A stretch of 64,000 nucleotides of DNA from Octopus vulgaris (taxonomy: Eukaryota): positions 103,974,001 to 104,038,000 of the forward strand of contig OX597817.1 in NCBI GenBank assembly GCA_951406725.2. Direction: 5' to 3'. The notes beneath the pieces were generated by a model that was not told the DNA's origin, did no database searches, and was given only the letters and a program-made list of their open reading frames with translations. Positions 36,270 through 48,750 of the stretch are shown here, piece after piece (position 1 is the first letter of the stretch; every line of letters begins with the position of its first letter). The position numbers and the translations under genes are program-made.

Positions 36270-36588
36270 TATTCGTGTTTCAGTCATTTGCCTGCAGCCA
36301 TGCTGGAGCACCACCTTTAGTCGAACAAATCGACCCCAGGACTTATTCTTTGTAAGCCTAGTACTTATTCTATCGGTCTCTTTTTGCCAAACCACTAAGT
36401 TACAGGGAAATGAACATACCAACATCAGTTGTCAAGTGATGGTGGAGGGACAAACACAGACACACAAATATATACATATACACGATGGGCTTCTTTCAGT
36501 TTCTGTCTACCAAATCCACTCACAAGGCTTTAGTTGGCCCAAGGTTACAGCAGAAGACACTTGCCCAAGGTGTCACACAGTGGGACTG
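36270..36588 (-). mobile_element. tRNA-derived SINE (long family)
   Basis: GTTTCAGTCATTTGCCTGCAGCCATGCTGGAGCACC...AAGACACTTGCCCAAGG. Confidence 0.82.
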
Positions 36589-36589
36589 A

Positions 36590-37600
36590 AGTTGTCTGCA
36601 TCATGGATTCCCTGGATGCTCACACCTTTTCCTTTTTGGAAGCAGGAATGAGTCAATTGCTCCCAGGCTCTTTTGGCAATGTGCCAAGAAAACAAGGCGG
36701 AATTTTTTGGCAGACTTATCACACAGGATAAAACATGGATCCATCATTATGACCCTGAGACTAAAGTCCAGTTGAAGCAATGGAAGCATGGTAGCTAACC
36801 AACCCCAAAAAATTGTGTCCAATCCTCAGCAGGCAAGGTGATGTTCACAGTTTTTTGAGACCAACGTGAAGTAGTGATGATGGATTTTCTGGCAAAGGGC
36901 ACAACAATTAACAGGGCATATTATGCTTCTCTGCTGCAGAAATTATGGGACGCCATTAAAGCAGAGAGACATGGCATGCTGACCAAAGAAGTCCTCCTCC
37001 AAAACAAAGCCCCAGTTCACAATGTGCATGTTACCCAGATGAAAGCACACTCCTGTGGCTATGAAATCCTTTCTCATCCCACTTACTCTCCTGACCTTGC
37101 ACCATCTGACTGCCACCTCTTTCCAACCATGAAGTCTTTTTTGAAGAGGAAGTACATTTCGGATGATGATGAACTATTTCCAAGGTAAAGTCTTGGCTCT
37201 AGACCAGGGGTGGGCAAACTACAGCCCGCGGGCCGCATGCGGCCCACCATAGGTTTTCATGCGGCCCGCCGAGAGCTTTTATGAATCCCAACTTCTATGC
37301 AGATACTTCGTAACTGTACGGTAATTCACAATATTTTCACTTGATTTTTATAAATGAGGCCCGCCAAGGTTCCAAAGACGCACTGTGCGGCCCGCGATCA
37401 AAAAAGTTTGCCCACCCCTGCTCTAGACACACCCAACCAACTTCTGCAAACAAGGTCTTCCCAGCTGCATAAAGTGGTGGGAGAAGTGTGTCACCATTGG
37501 TAGTGGCTATGAAGAGAAGGACTAATAATTATGCTAAGTTTCGCTTATCCCAGTCCTTGGGAAGTGGGTGAGGGGAAATCTTTAATGAACACTCCTCATA
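36590..37600 (+). mobile_element. Mariner transposase pseudogene (3' portion), interrupted by a hAT MITE
   Basis: ITQDKTWIHHYDPETK, GTTINRAYY, HPTYSPDLAPSDCHLF (mariner YSPDL motif) and KWWEKCV...G.GY.EK* after the insertion. TIR-like end AATCTTTAATGAACACTCCTCATA. Confidence 0.9.
37205..37420. mobile_element. hAT (Charlie/Buster-type) MITE, 216 bp
   Basis: Perfect 16-bp TIRs CAGGGGTGGGCAAACT / AGTTTGCCCACCCCTG. Perfect 8-bp TSD CTCTAGAC (37197-37204, 37421-37428). Subterminal GCGGCCC repeats. Confidence 0.96.
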
Positions 37601-37629
37601 CTTCTTTGAGGACAACTGGTTATTGAAAA

Positions 37630-38330
37630 CATCATCATCATCATCGTTTAACGTCCGCTTTCCATGCTAGCATGGGTTGGATGGTTCAACTGGATCTGGG
37701 AAGCCAGAAGGCTGCACCAGGCCCAGTCTGATCTGGCAGTGTTTCTACAGCTGGATGCCCTTCCTAACGCCAACCACTCCATGAGTGTAGTGGGTGCTTT
37801 TTACGTGCCAGACGAGGCTGGCAACAGCCACGATCGGATGGTGCTTTTTACGTGCCACCAGCACGGAGGCAGTCGTGGCGGCGCTGGCAACGACCACGTT
37901 CAGATGGTTCTCTTACGTGCCACCGGCACTGGTATCACAACTACAATTTCCATTGACTTTGATCGATTTCGATTTCACTTGCCTCAACAGGTCTTCGCAA
38001 GTAGAGTTTTGTGTCCCAAGAAGGAAAGGTATGCATAAGTGGACTGGCAACAGCCACGATCGGATGGTGCTTTTTACGTGCCACCAGCACGGAGGCAGTC
38101 GTGGCGGCGCTGGCAACGACCACGTTCAGATGGTTCTCTTACGTGCCACCGGCACTGGTATCACAACTACAATTTCCATTGACTTTGATCGATTTCGATT
38201 TCACTTGCCTCAACAGGTCTTCGCAAGTAGAGTTTTGTGTCCCAAGAAGGAAAGATATGCATAAGTGGACTGGCTACATCCCAGGTAGAGGCCACGGGTT
38301 ATGGTCTCACTTGTCCTACCGGGTCTTCTA
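37630..38330 (-). mobile_element. RTE 3' UTR fragment with internal 226-bp tandem duplication
   Basis: (CAT)n tail. 37818-38043 is repeated at 38044-38269. Confidence 0.9.
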
Positions 38331-38465
38331 ACGTTTACAGATAATTCATTCCACCCTGTTCATGTTTGCAGATGAATTTTTTCGTGTATACATATCAAAA
38401 AATATTAACTACTTTGATCTGAACAAGTAACATTTGTTTTAAAAAAAATAATTTTAAGTACTTAC

Positions 38466-38604
38466 TTCTCGTATAAAAGCATAGAGAAATGGTCCAGCAC
38501 ACATTACTTGACGCATATCGAGTAATGTTTGGACTTGAGAAACTATAAGAACAATCTGTTTCTTTGAAAGTTCAATGCCTTTTTCCATGGAAGAAAGGCA
38601 GTCT
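38466..38604 (-). CDS. CDC45: CDC45 exon (139 nt)
   Basis: DCLSSMEKGIELSKKQIVLIVSQVQTLLDMRQVMCAGPFLYAFIRE, compared with human GLELAKKQ...SQGPFLY. TTTCAG / GTAAGT. Confidence 0.95.
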
Positions 38605-40090
38605 CTGAAAAAAACAAAAAAAGAAAATATAGAAAAAAAGGCATAATGAAACATTACTTTGTGTGCATGTTTGTGTGTGAAAGAGGGAGGGGAGAGAAGA
38701 GAAAGAAAGAGGAGAGACTGTGAAGAACCTTTTAAAGTCTTCTTGCTGTCTCTCCCGCCAGCTGGTGAACTATCATTTATGTTAACAAGCTGAAATTCTC
38801 AGGCACTTGCTCAAGATCCCCCTAAGCTTGTCATCCATTTTTTTCCAGTGACAAGATTAGCTTTGAACAGACAAAATTTTGTGAATACACCGTTCTGGAC
38901 TAGTACTTTATTTATGAAGCCTGAAAGGTTAAAAGGAAATGTAAGCCTCAGCAGAATTTGAACTTAGAGCACAGCAAGCTGGTACAAATACCACAAATTG
39001 TTCTGACATTCAAACAACTTTGCCAGTTTACCTCTTACACTACTATCAATGTCAAGACATATCACGGCAAGTAACAATGACATAATTTCTGTCAAATATT
39101 TTCATTTAAGGTCACCATCATACAAGGCACAGGTATGACTGTATCATTAAGAAGTTATCTTTACAACCATGTGTTTCCAGGTTCAATCTATCTACTGCAT
39201 GATACTGTGGTCAAGTGTCTTCTACAACAGCCTTGGGATGACCAACACTTTGTGAAATATAGTAGAAAGACATTGTGCAAATGCCTTTAAGAGTATCATG
39301 AAAGACCTGGTTTGAGGTCCAACCGTCCAAGTTCTTTTACAGGACTTAGGACCACTACAATAAGTGTGTGAATCTGTTGAATAAAATCATAATTAAGTGA
39401 TCCTCCTGTATGTTCTTTTACCCAAATCTAGAAACTTTTCAGCACACCCGCATATATGTATATGTGCATATATCAGTGTTTATGTTTACACTGGTCTAAA
39501 AAAAATCGTGGTGTTAATGTATTCCTAAACTTAGTGGTTCAACAAACAGGATCAATACAACAAGTACAAAACTAAACACAGCATAGCACATGAAAACAGA
39601 AGTTTAAATGAATGTTGTATTTAAAGATAAATAACATTTAGTTGGTATGCTTCAATAATTTTAGAAGTACAAATAATTAATATTTATAGGCATAGGCATG
39701 GCTGTGTGGTAAGAAGTTTGCTTCTCAACCACATGGTTCCATGTTCAGTCCCACTGAGTGGCACCATGAGCAAGTGTCTTCTACTAATAACCTCAGGTCA
39801 AACCAAAGTCTTTTTAATTAAAACCATTATAGGTATTAATACTTCGGTGAAATTAAGAAATCAACTTGTAAGTAAACGAAACCCTCAAATCCATCACTGT
39901 ACACACGCACACACAGTTGCTATATAAGTATTTATGTATGTTTGAAGATAATCAAACCAAATTTTCATAATTATGAGACATTCACCCAATGAGTATTTCT
40001 GCCAAATATGGTGAAAATCCGTTCAGTAATTTTGCAAACACGCAGACAAAGACAAGTGATTACAATACTCTGCTTTCACTGCATGATAAC

Positions 40091-40712
40091 AAAAAAAAAA
40101 ATCCAAATTTCACCTAAATAAAAACAACAAAATCATGAATAAAATGAAAATAGATAAGAACAAGGATCAAGTTCTAATTACGTGACAGTACTTCTAAAGG
40201 AGCCAGCAGACATGGAGAGAGTGGGATCAACTGCTGTTATGTTTAACTTGAGATAAAGTTACTTCAAAGTGGCTTCAACTTGAAGTAACTTTAGTAACTG
40301 CTGCATTACCTTTTATGTTAATTTTAAAAAGAAACCCTTTTGTTGCACAAGTGCCACTGTAGGCTCTACATCTGCATATTGCATTTTGATAGAAATGGTC
40401 ATAACATATGTTCATGAATGTATGAGCTACTGTTATTCAACTTCTACTTTATTGTTGATGCTATACAGGGTATCATGTTCCTCAAGTTCAGGTCTTTTAT
40501 TTTTGTGAACTTTGTGGAAGATAATCATTCCATATAGTGTACCTCTTGCAGAAAGTGAGATAAGCGTAACAGCATTTGATCCCACTCTCTCCATGCTGCA
40601 GGCTCCTTTAAAAGTACTGCCAAGTAGTTAGAGTTCACTCCTTGTTCTTATCTATTTTCCCATTATTGATGATTTTGTTTTGTTATATTTAGATAAAAGT
40701 CTGATTTTTTTC
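40091..40712. mobile_element. Foldback element with ~155-bp imperfect terminal inverted repeats
   Basis: GAAAATAGATAAGAACAAGGA pairs with TCCTTGTTCTTATCTATTTTC. CATGGAGAGAGTGGGATCAA pairs with TTGATCCCACTCTCTCCATG. Confidence 0.8.
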
Positions 40713-41177
40713 TCAATATTTTTACTTCTTTTATAGCAATTCTTTCTCTTTTTACTTGTGAAGTTTTTCATCTTCATTATCATTTTAATTTCATTATTGT
40801 TTTTGATAGTAATGGTGCAGTAGTAATGGTTTGTTTTACATTGTTGTTTACATTGGTAATGTCTTTCTGAACTACTTTTGTTTCCACTAAAACTTATATT
40901 ATTGTTCAGTCATATATTAGTGAATATTATAGCTCTTTTCCAACTAAGTAACAAATATAATTCTCTAACCAAGGGATCTTGCCACATGCAATTAAGCCAT
41001 TTACTAAGCACTTACAGAAATACAATTGCTATACAATGAACCACTGTATGTCAGAGTGAACATTATAGTTTTTAGGCATATAGAGTATGCATAATAGTTC
41101 TTAGGTAGAGAGAGACATAAAGCCTAGCCATTTAGCTTACCACCTATGTTCCATACATCAGAATAGTGGAATTACAA

Positions 41178-41409
41178 AGGCGACAAGCTGGCAGAAACAT
41201 TAGCATGCCAGGCAAAATGCTTAGCGGTATTTCGTCTACCGTTACGTTCTGAGTTCAAATTCCGCCGAGGTCGACTTTGCCTTTCATCCTTTCAGGGTCG
41301 ATAAATTAAGCACCAGTTACACACTGGGGTCGATGTAATCGACTTGATCTCTTTATCTGTCCTTGTTTGTCCCCTCCACGTTTAGCCCCTTGTGGGCAAT
41401 AAAGAAATA
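41178..41409 (+). mobile_element. Young tRNA-derived SINE with Nin/Deu-type core and 18-bp TSD
   Basis: A-box-like CTGGCAGAAAC, B-box GAGTTCAAATTC, core GCCTTTCATCCTTTCAGGGTCGATAAATTAAGCACCAG. TSD AGAATAGTGGAATTACAA at 41160-41177 and 41410-41427. Confidence 0.92.
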
Positions 41410-42085
41410 AGAATAGTGGAATTACAATAAGCTTCAAGACAGAGTTATCCAACAAACAGTAGGTCAGGTCAGAGTAAATCTAATAAGCCATCATGTGCAA
41501 TTGAACAGCATTGACTATGAACATGTTTTTCTGTTCATTTGTAAAACTAGTTGACAGGATTTTGGTTTTAGCAACACTGACTTTCAGACTAGGCAGTCTC
41601 AAAGAGGTCACAAGCTCATCCACCTAATTTGGAGATCAGTGTAAAATGAGCTCAAGAGAGTAGTATCATAAATATGATACAGAAGAGAATATAAGGAACA
41701 GCATCCAGTAATCAAAAGAAGTGAGTTGGAAATCAAAAATCAAAAATAAATAAAAATAACCTAAAGAATTAACAGCAGCCAAACAAAGGCAAATAGCTAT
41801 TATCTAGGACAAAAGTGGAAATTGGAAATGTGTTACTGAACTGTGGGATAACCATCATCATCATCATTTTAGATTTGTATTTTCTGTACAGATATGGGTT
41901 AGATAAGTTTGCACCACCAATGCCTCTCTCTTGACTTGTGGTCTTTTGCTGTCTCTTTTATGACATCCAGCAGTCTGAGATCACTTCTGTTATCTTCTTT
42001 AGGCTTATTCCACAAGCTCCTTCCAGTTGGATTGTTTAATACTTTTTCACCCAACTATCATTGTTTGTATGCATCAATATCAAAA

Positions 42086-42306
42086 TGAGGTGGGTGCTGA
42101 AAAGTTTCTGGCTTAGGGTAAAAGAAAATACAGGAGGATCAGTTAATTATGATTTTATTTAATATATTCCCCTATCAGATTCACACACACTTATTAAAGT
42201 GGCCCTTCAGTTTTTTTAAGCCCTGTAAAAGAACTCGGAAGGTTGGTCCCCCAACCAGGCCTTTCACAACACCCTTAAAGCCAGAAACTTTTCAGCACTC
42301 CGTCAT
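42086..42306. mobile_element. Tc1/mariner-type MITE
   Basis: TIRs GTGCTGAAAAGTTTCTGGCTT / AAGCCAGAAACTTTTCAGCAC. A partial relative lies at ~39290-39455. Confidence 0.82.
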
Positions 42307-43079
42307 ACAAGTACAACTTTCTTTACAACCAATTCCCCTGATGCATATTTCTTTTCCCTTAGTTCACCTTTGCTCCATTATTCATGTACACAACCAACAG
42401 AGCATATTTGCTATATTTCATATCAGCCCTACATATCCTTTGCAACCAATGCCATATTACACTTTCAACTTGAGCATCAGAGAATCTGCCTTCTCTCAAA
42501 GAAAAAAACCCTTTGTTACCAACAGGTAATTATTCTGTGAACTTTTTCGTCTGTCTTTGCACTGACTATAATGCTTTCACAACACCTAAATCCACTGTTA
42601 ATTAAGTCACCAAAGTCACAGAAGCTGTGAATTACTTCTAGCAAGCCTAGAAGGCAGTTAAAAGATTTCATTTCATAGATGTTCTAACTGCTAACAACTC
42701 TTGTGCAACTGTTATTTCTTATTCTCTCTCAGACTGCCTGTGATCTTATTGTGTCTTTCATGCACCTAAAGTTTACAGTAGGTACATGGTACAAAGTTCC
42801 CAGTTACTCCTTTTCTCTTGGAGCAATATTCTACTATGTATTTATGAGTTGTATAATCATAAATTGAATTAGGTTGAATTAATGGTCCTCTATCAATGAA
42901 AATGACAGCTTAATTCATTGTTAGGTTAGATCTGCCATAAACTCAATCAGAAATGGACACTGAACTGGGGTTGATCAAACTCCAGCAGAACTAGGACAAA
43001 AGGGAAATCAACAGTACTTTCACTATAATCTGCTAAACATTTTGATAGATAGAAGAATGTCTGATGTTGTTGAGCCTAA

Positions 43080-43299
43080 CCCTTCAGCATTTAAACCAGT
43101 CAGATCCGGCCTAAATATTCTACCTGTTTCGTGTTCAAACTGGCTAGAACTGGCCTCTCACACCTACCCTACAATGTCATCCCAAAAATATATTATCATG
43201 TCACTGAAATCTTGAAGTTATGAAATAATACAGGATTAATTCAAAATGATGTGAATAAATAAACATTATACTTGATAAAGTAATTTGAATGCTAAAGGG
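43080..43299. mobile_element. piggyBac-like MITE
   Basis: (C)TAA|CCCTTCAGCATT ... AATGCTAAAGGG|TTAA. Relatives at ~33720-33932, 45009-45140 (TTAA on both sides) and ~47848-48315. Confidence 0.72.
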
Positions 43300-43709
43300 T
43301 TAATTACATTTCTTAAAAACACCTAACAGCTACACTACTATTTCTACACTCTAAGCTAGACAGCAAGTTATAGCAGTCTCACTTATGTTACTACTGTCCT
43401 TTCAGAAAGTCATGACCATCACAGAATCTCATTTACTTTAACTTTCCTCAGACAGGTACTGAAGTCTTTATTTCTGAGCAAGAAATTAACATTTGACACA
43501 ACAATATACAGCAAAGATTTATCATTAAATTTATAATAAAAAAACACACTTTTCTTGTGCTGGAAAGGTTCTTTTATCTGATTAAATAAAATATCTGAAT
43601 TATTATTTAATGAAGGCAGAATCTGTTACAACATACTATAACATATTTCTGTACTGCCATTCACCATTCATCTCTCTACTACTCCCAATGAGTATCTATC
43701 CCTTATTAT

Positions 43710-43936
43710 CTGTTTCTTTATTGCCCACAAGGGGCTAAACATAGAGGGGACAAACAAGGACAGACAAACGGATTAAGTCGATTACATCGACCCCAGTGCG
43801 TAACTGGTACTTAATTTATCGACCCCGAAAGGATGAAAGGCAAAGTCGACCTTGGCGGAATTTGAACTCAGAACGCAACGGCAGACGCAATACCGCTAAG
43901 CATTTCGCCCGGTGTGCTAACGTTTCTGCCAGCTCC
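43710..43936 (-). mobile_element. Young Nin/Deu-core SINE
   Basis: Near-identical reverse complement of 41178-41409. Confidence 0.9.
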
Positions 43937-44634
43937 ACTCATATTTACCATCTCCATCACAATTCACCATTCACAACATTCATCTTCTATATACATCTGA
44001 CTACTTCCACCCCTATATTTATTCCATCTCTCACCCTCTTGCAACATTACCCACCCTCTTCAATTCACCTTCTTGGACATATTACTTGAAGAGTACATTC
44101 TAGCACCTGATCACTATTATATTTACCTCTCTTTTGGGCACCACTCCAACATACCTCATCTACCCATGTCAATTGCAAGGTGACCATAAATCTTCACAAC
44201 ACTAAATTTCTTTTTGCTCTTCCCATTATACTTTAATCTTTCAACATCTCACTTAAAGATATCTTAACCTCCTCAGCTGAGGCTTGGCAACTTCACTAGT
44301 GTTGGTACCATAATAAAAGTACCCAGTACACTCTTTAAGTTGGTTAGTATTAGAAAGGGCATCTGCCCAAGAAACCATGCCAAAACTGAGACACTGGATA
44401 TGGTCTTCCAACACACTGGATCCTGTCAAAATGACCAAACCATGCCAGATTGGAAAGCAGACATAGCAATAATAACACTGCTGCTGATGACAACACTGAT
44501 GTATACCTTCAAAGAGAGTCTATTTACCTGTTGTCTACACTGGAAAAGTTGCTTAAAATCCTCTCTGGAACAATTTAGTTTTTCACTCAACTCTTCAATG
44601 AGAATGTATCTTTGAAATATAAAATATGACTTAC

Positions 44635-44690
44635 CTTTGTAAAATATCCATAGCATAAAAAAAACTATCAGCTGTATCATTATTTTCTTC
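44635..44690 (-). CDS. CDC45: CDC45 exon (56 nt)
   Basis: EENNDTADSFFYAMDILQ(R), compared with human TDHFIQALDSLSR. Phase 0-2 bridges the flanking exons. CTTGTAG / GTAAGT. Confidence 0.85.
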
Positions 44691-45754
44691 CTACAAGAGA
44701 ACAAAAATTTATTAAAATCTGTTTTCAAGTCTCAAAATTAAATTTCTTATAAATTTGAAATGTTGAAAATGTTAGCAACTCATTTGTTTTTACAGATGAT
44801 AATTTTGAGACCAATAAATCTTGATTTTCATTCATTTTCTATTTTTTTCTTTACATGGAAGTTTATACCAGAAGTTCTGTCATGGATGTCCATATAAAAA
44901 GAAAGCTTTAAAAAATAGTAAAAACATTCAGAGTTGTGCTTGTTTGACAAGTGACTTATTCTGAAATAGTGTATTGAAACTGAATAAGAGTAATTATTAG
45001 ATAATTAACTCTTTAGCATTCAGCTTACTCTGTCAAATGTAATACTTATTTATTCAAATTGTTTTGAATAAATCATGCATTATCTCATAGCTTAGACATT
45101 TTAATAATGCAATTGTTTATGGCCCATTTATGCTAAAGGGTTAATAGCACAAAAAAATTACTTTGGTTATTTCTTCATGGTACAAACTATTATAAAGTAC
45201 AGAGAAACTTTGCCACATGATAGATTGTACAATAAAGAAATAAACTGAAAGTGAATATAATGGCTTAAATTATGTATGTCAAAAATTTCACTTACATTAC
45301 AAATATTAAGAAAGGTTAGGAAAATGACATCATGTAAAATTTCATTAATGAAGAATGAATTCATAAACATCTCTCTGAAGATAGTGGAAAACCTTACATA
45401 AACTTAAAAAGCAACATCATCAGCTCTTAATTCTAGTTTCAATTTTTCCCTTTACCTATAAAAAAAAATGCATCGGTGACACTGCTCATCATTGGCACAT
45501 AGAATGTGCAAACACTCATGGACAGCTCCAAAGCAATCTATTTGCAAATCAATAATTAACTAACCTACTAAGATAGCTGTTATTCAAATAGCTTTAGATA
45601 TACTGTTAGAACACACAGTGTATCTTGTATTATAACTGCAGTGTTAGAATTTTGTACCTAAATCAGATGTTAAATTAATCCTGAAAAGTACAGAAAAATA
45701 TATGTAAATTTGACAACCAACATAAAATACATATTGAATGGTGATATCACTTAC

Positions 45755-45866
45755 TGTATTTTCAAGGACTGTTGAGCAAGCTAAAACAACGTCAGCTGCA
45801 TTGATCTTTTTATGATAGCCATAATGGGAATTGAATGATGGAATAATGATATCTTCTGGTGCCAAT
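45755..45866 (-). CDS. CDC45: CDC45 exon (112 nt)
   Basis: (G)LAPEDIIIPSFNSHYGYHKKINAADVVLACSTVLENT, compared with human FGFKHKFLASDVV. TTAG / GTAAGT. Confidence 0.93.
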
Positions 45867-46167
45867 CTAATAAACAGAAACCAATTATTACAACGTAGAA
45901 TCCATGAAGAAACAAGATTCAAACCCCACCAGGTCCCCTTTTATATATATATTCATTAAAACATAAGCACATTTAGTTAACAAATAATTAAAACCAACAG
46001 AATTATCATAAATATTACACAGCAAATAACTTCCCAGTCAATTTAAAGTGTAAAGACTGAAATGAGAGTTGGAGTATTAAAACATAAAATCAGTTATTGT
46101 TGGAAAATGTCAAGAAGCAGAAATGCTGAATTTTAAAAAAGAACAAAATAGTAAAAAAATTTCTAGG

Positions 46168-46560
46168 GGAAGGCATGGCTGAGTGGTAAGAAGCTTGCTT
46201 CCCAACCACATGGTTCTGGGTACAGTCCCACTGTGTGGCACTATGGGCAAGTGTTTTCTACTATAGCTTCAGGCTGACCAAACCCATATGAGCAGATTTG
46301 ATAGACAGAAACTGAAAGAAGCCCATCGTATGTCTGTGTGTGTATGTCTTTATGTCTGTGTTTGACAACCAGTGTTGGTTTGTTATGTCCATGTAACTTA
46401 GTGGTTCAGCAAAAGAGGCCAATAGAATTAGTACCAGGCTTAAAAATCAAATAAGTACTGGGGTTGACTTGTTTGACTAAAAAACAATACTGCAAGGTGG
46501 TGCCCCAGTATGGCTACCATCCATCTAATGGCTGAAGCAAATAAAAGAATAGAAAAGTAA
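46168..46560 (+). mobile_element. tRNA-derived SINE (long family), full length
   Basis: GGCATGGCTGAGTGGTAAG A-box, GGGTACAGTCCC B-box-like element, central (TG)n and A-rich tail. Confidence 0.85.
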
Positions 46561-46751
46561 AAGAACATGAGAGTAAAGCAATGAAAAGTACATGAATGGT
46601 TAAGGTGTTTGACTATTCAATTTAAAACCAGTAAGCAATAAACTTTTTTTCTTGTAAAGTTTATTTACAATTTGATTCTTAAACTCATATTGAGAACTAG
46701 ACAAAAGACTGTTTTAAAAATAATATTGCATACGTGAAAACTTTTACCTAC

Positions 46752-46850
46752 CCATATTTTTCTACATATTTTAAAATCAATTCCTTCATATTATTTCTAA
46801 CACTAGGATCCATAGCATTGTATCTTTGCTGGCATTGAGTTAAAGGTATC
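46752..46850 (-). CDS. CDC45: CDC45 exon (99 nt)
   Basis: (G)IPLTQCQQRYNAMDPSVRNNMKELILKYVEKY(G), compared with human GLPLKQVKQKFQAMD. TTTATAG / GTAGGT. Confidence 0.94.
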
Positions 46851-47204
46851 CTATAAAAAAAGAGAAAAAAGAAAAGAAAACATAGCTCAGAAGTCTGCTC
46901 TGCAGTATTGTATATTACTTACAAATGATTTTTTAAAAACTTATTTTCCTGTTGCTATCAAATTCACTACTACAAAATAGGTGTAGACATGATTGTGTGG
47001 TTGGTCTTGGGTTCAGTCCCACTTGAACAAATGTCTTCTGCTATAGCCTCAGGCCAACAAAAGATAGATATTAAACACAACGAATATTTTCCTTGATTGC
47101 AACGCAAAGAAAAACAAGATGCCAACCATCTCATTTTTCAAGGGTATAGCTAAAAGTCTATTCAAATATGCATGAAGCATCTGCTCTAATTTTCCTTTTT
47201 GTTA

Positions 47205-47575
47205 AAAAGCTTGCTTCCCAACCACATGGTTCCAGGTTCAGTCCCACTGCATAGCACCTTTGGCAAGTGTCTTTTACTATAACCTCGGGCCAACCAAAGA
47301 CTTGTGAGTGGATTTGGTAGACAGAAACTGAAAGAAGCTCATTATATATGTGTGTGTGTGTGTGTCTATGTATGCGTGTCTTTGTGTCTGTGTTTGTCCC
47401 CCACCACTACTCGACAACAGTGTTGGTGTGTTTATGTTCCCATAAAAGAGACCAATAGAATAAGTACTAGGCTTAAAGAAAATAAGTCCTGGGGTCAATT
47501 TGTTCAACTAAAACCCTTCAAGGCGGTGCCCCAACATGGCCACAGTCAAATGAATGAAACAAATAAAAGTAAAGA
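47205..47575 (+). mobile_element. tRNA-derived SINE (long family)
   Basis: Same consensus as 46168-46560. Confidence 0.85.
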
Positions 47576-48019
47576 GAGGCCATCTTTGATATTTAACTGA
47601 AAATTTTTCTCTCAATAATTTCAATATACTGAGATAAAAAAAAAGCCTTCAAACATGTTTTTGAAATTAGTTGTTTAGTCATGCTTCATTAACCAAAGAA
47701 AAAAAATGAGCAAGGGAAAAACAAACATTTAAATTAGCTATTATAACATAAATTTTACATTATAAGTTAATATTTAAAATGATTTTTCACTAATCAGTAT
47801 ATGAAAATTTACTTGACAACTAAATATATAAGCAAATCAAGATTTAACACTTTAGCATTCAGATTTTTCTGTCAAATGTAACGCTTATTTATTCACATTG
47901 TTTTGCATTAATCACATATATTATAGCTTCAAGACTTCAATGGTGTGTTTGTACACTTTGAGAATGATACTGTAAGGTTGGTTCTGGTCAGTTTTAACAT
48001 AGAACAGGTATGATGATGA

Positions 48020-48295
48020 TCATCATCATCATTTAGTGTCCGTTTTCCATGCTAGCATGGGTTAGATGGTTTGACTGGGACTAGTAAGCTGGAGAGCTGT
48101 ACTAGGCTCCAGTCTAATTTAGTTTTGTTTCTATGGATGGATGCCCGTCTTAAAACCAATCACTCCAAGATTGTAGTGGGTGCCTTTTACATGCCACCAG
48201 CACAGGTACCTTTTACGTGTCATTGGCACTGACCATGACTACGACTTCACTTGGCTTCATGTGTCTTCTTAAGCACAGCAAATCACCAAAAGTCC
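48020..48295 (-). mobile_element. RTE 3' UTR fragment
   Basis: (CAT)nTTAGTGTCCGTTTTCCATGCTAGCATGGG. Confidence 0.82.
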
Positions 48296-48411
48296 AGATT
48301 AAATGCTAAATGGTAAAGTAAGGTGAGGGTTACAATCACATGATATCCCAGAATCAGCTGTCAAGAGATACCATGTGATCAAAACTTAAAGAGTCAATAT
48401 TTAACACTTAC

Positions 48412-48603
48412 CCCATATCAGCAAGAAATTCTTGCAGCTTTTTACGACCTTTCATTGTCCACAATTTAAATTTACAAGCAGTTGTGATTGAATTGCAAAT
48501 ACTTTCAAATAATGACCAATGTCGATAAAAAATCAGTTGCAGCTCTTCTTCAAAAAATATCTTCAAACTGTTGACTGGCAATGAGTCTTCAACAGACTCC
48601 CCT
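48412..48603 (-). CDS. CDC45: CDC45 exon (192 nt)
   Basis: GESVEDSLPVNSLKIFFEEELQLIFYRHWSLFESICNSITTACKFKLWTMKGRKKLQEFLADM(G) contains the conserved YRHWSL..S and LW...G.K.L.EFLADMG motifs. Confidence 0.97.
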
Positions 48604-48696
48604 CTGAAATGAATTTATATATACATATTTAGAACACAACACTGTAAGATTATCAAACTTTTCTTTGTAAGAAATTACTTCTCATGTTATATACAT

Positions 48697-48749
<53 letters not shown>

Positions 48750-48750
48750 A

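Noticed and set aside
37664-38331. Overlapping 100-156-aa ORFs with repeated peptides
   Set aside because: Artefact of the duplicated non-coding RTE 3' UTR.
41178-41280. tRNA gene
   Set aside because: The A/B boxes belong to a SINE head followed by a SINE body and TSD; there is no complete cloverleaf.
44426-44728. 100-aa minus-strand ORF as a CDC45 exon or separate gene
   Set aside because: The real 56-nt exon inside it uses another frame, and the remainder runs through intron and repeat sequence.
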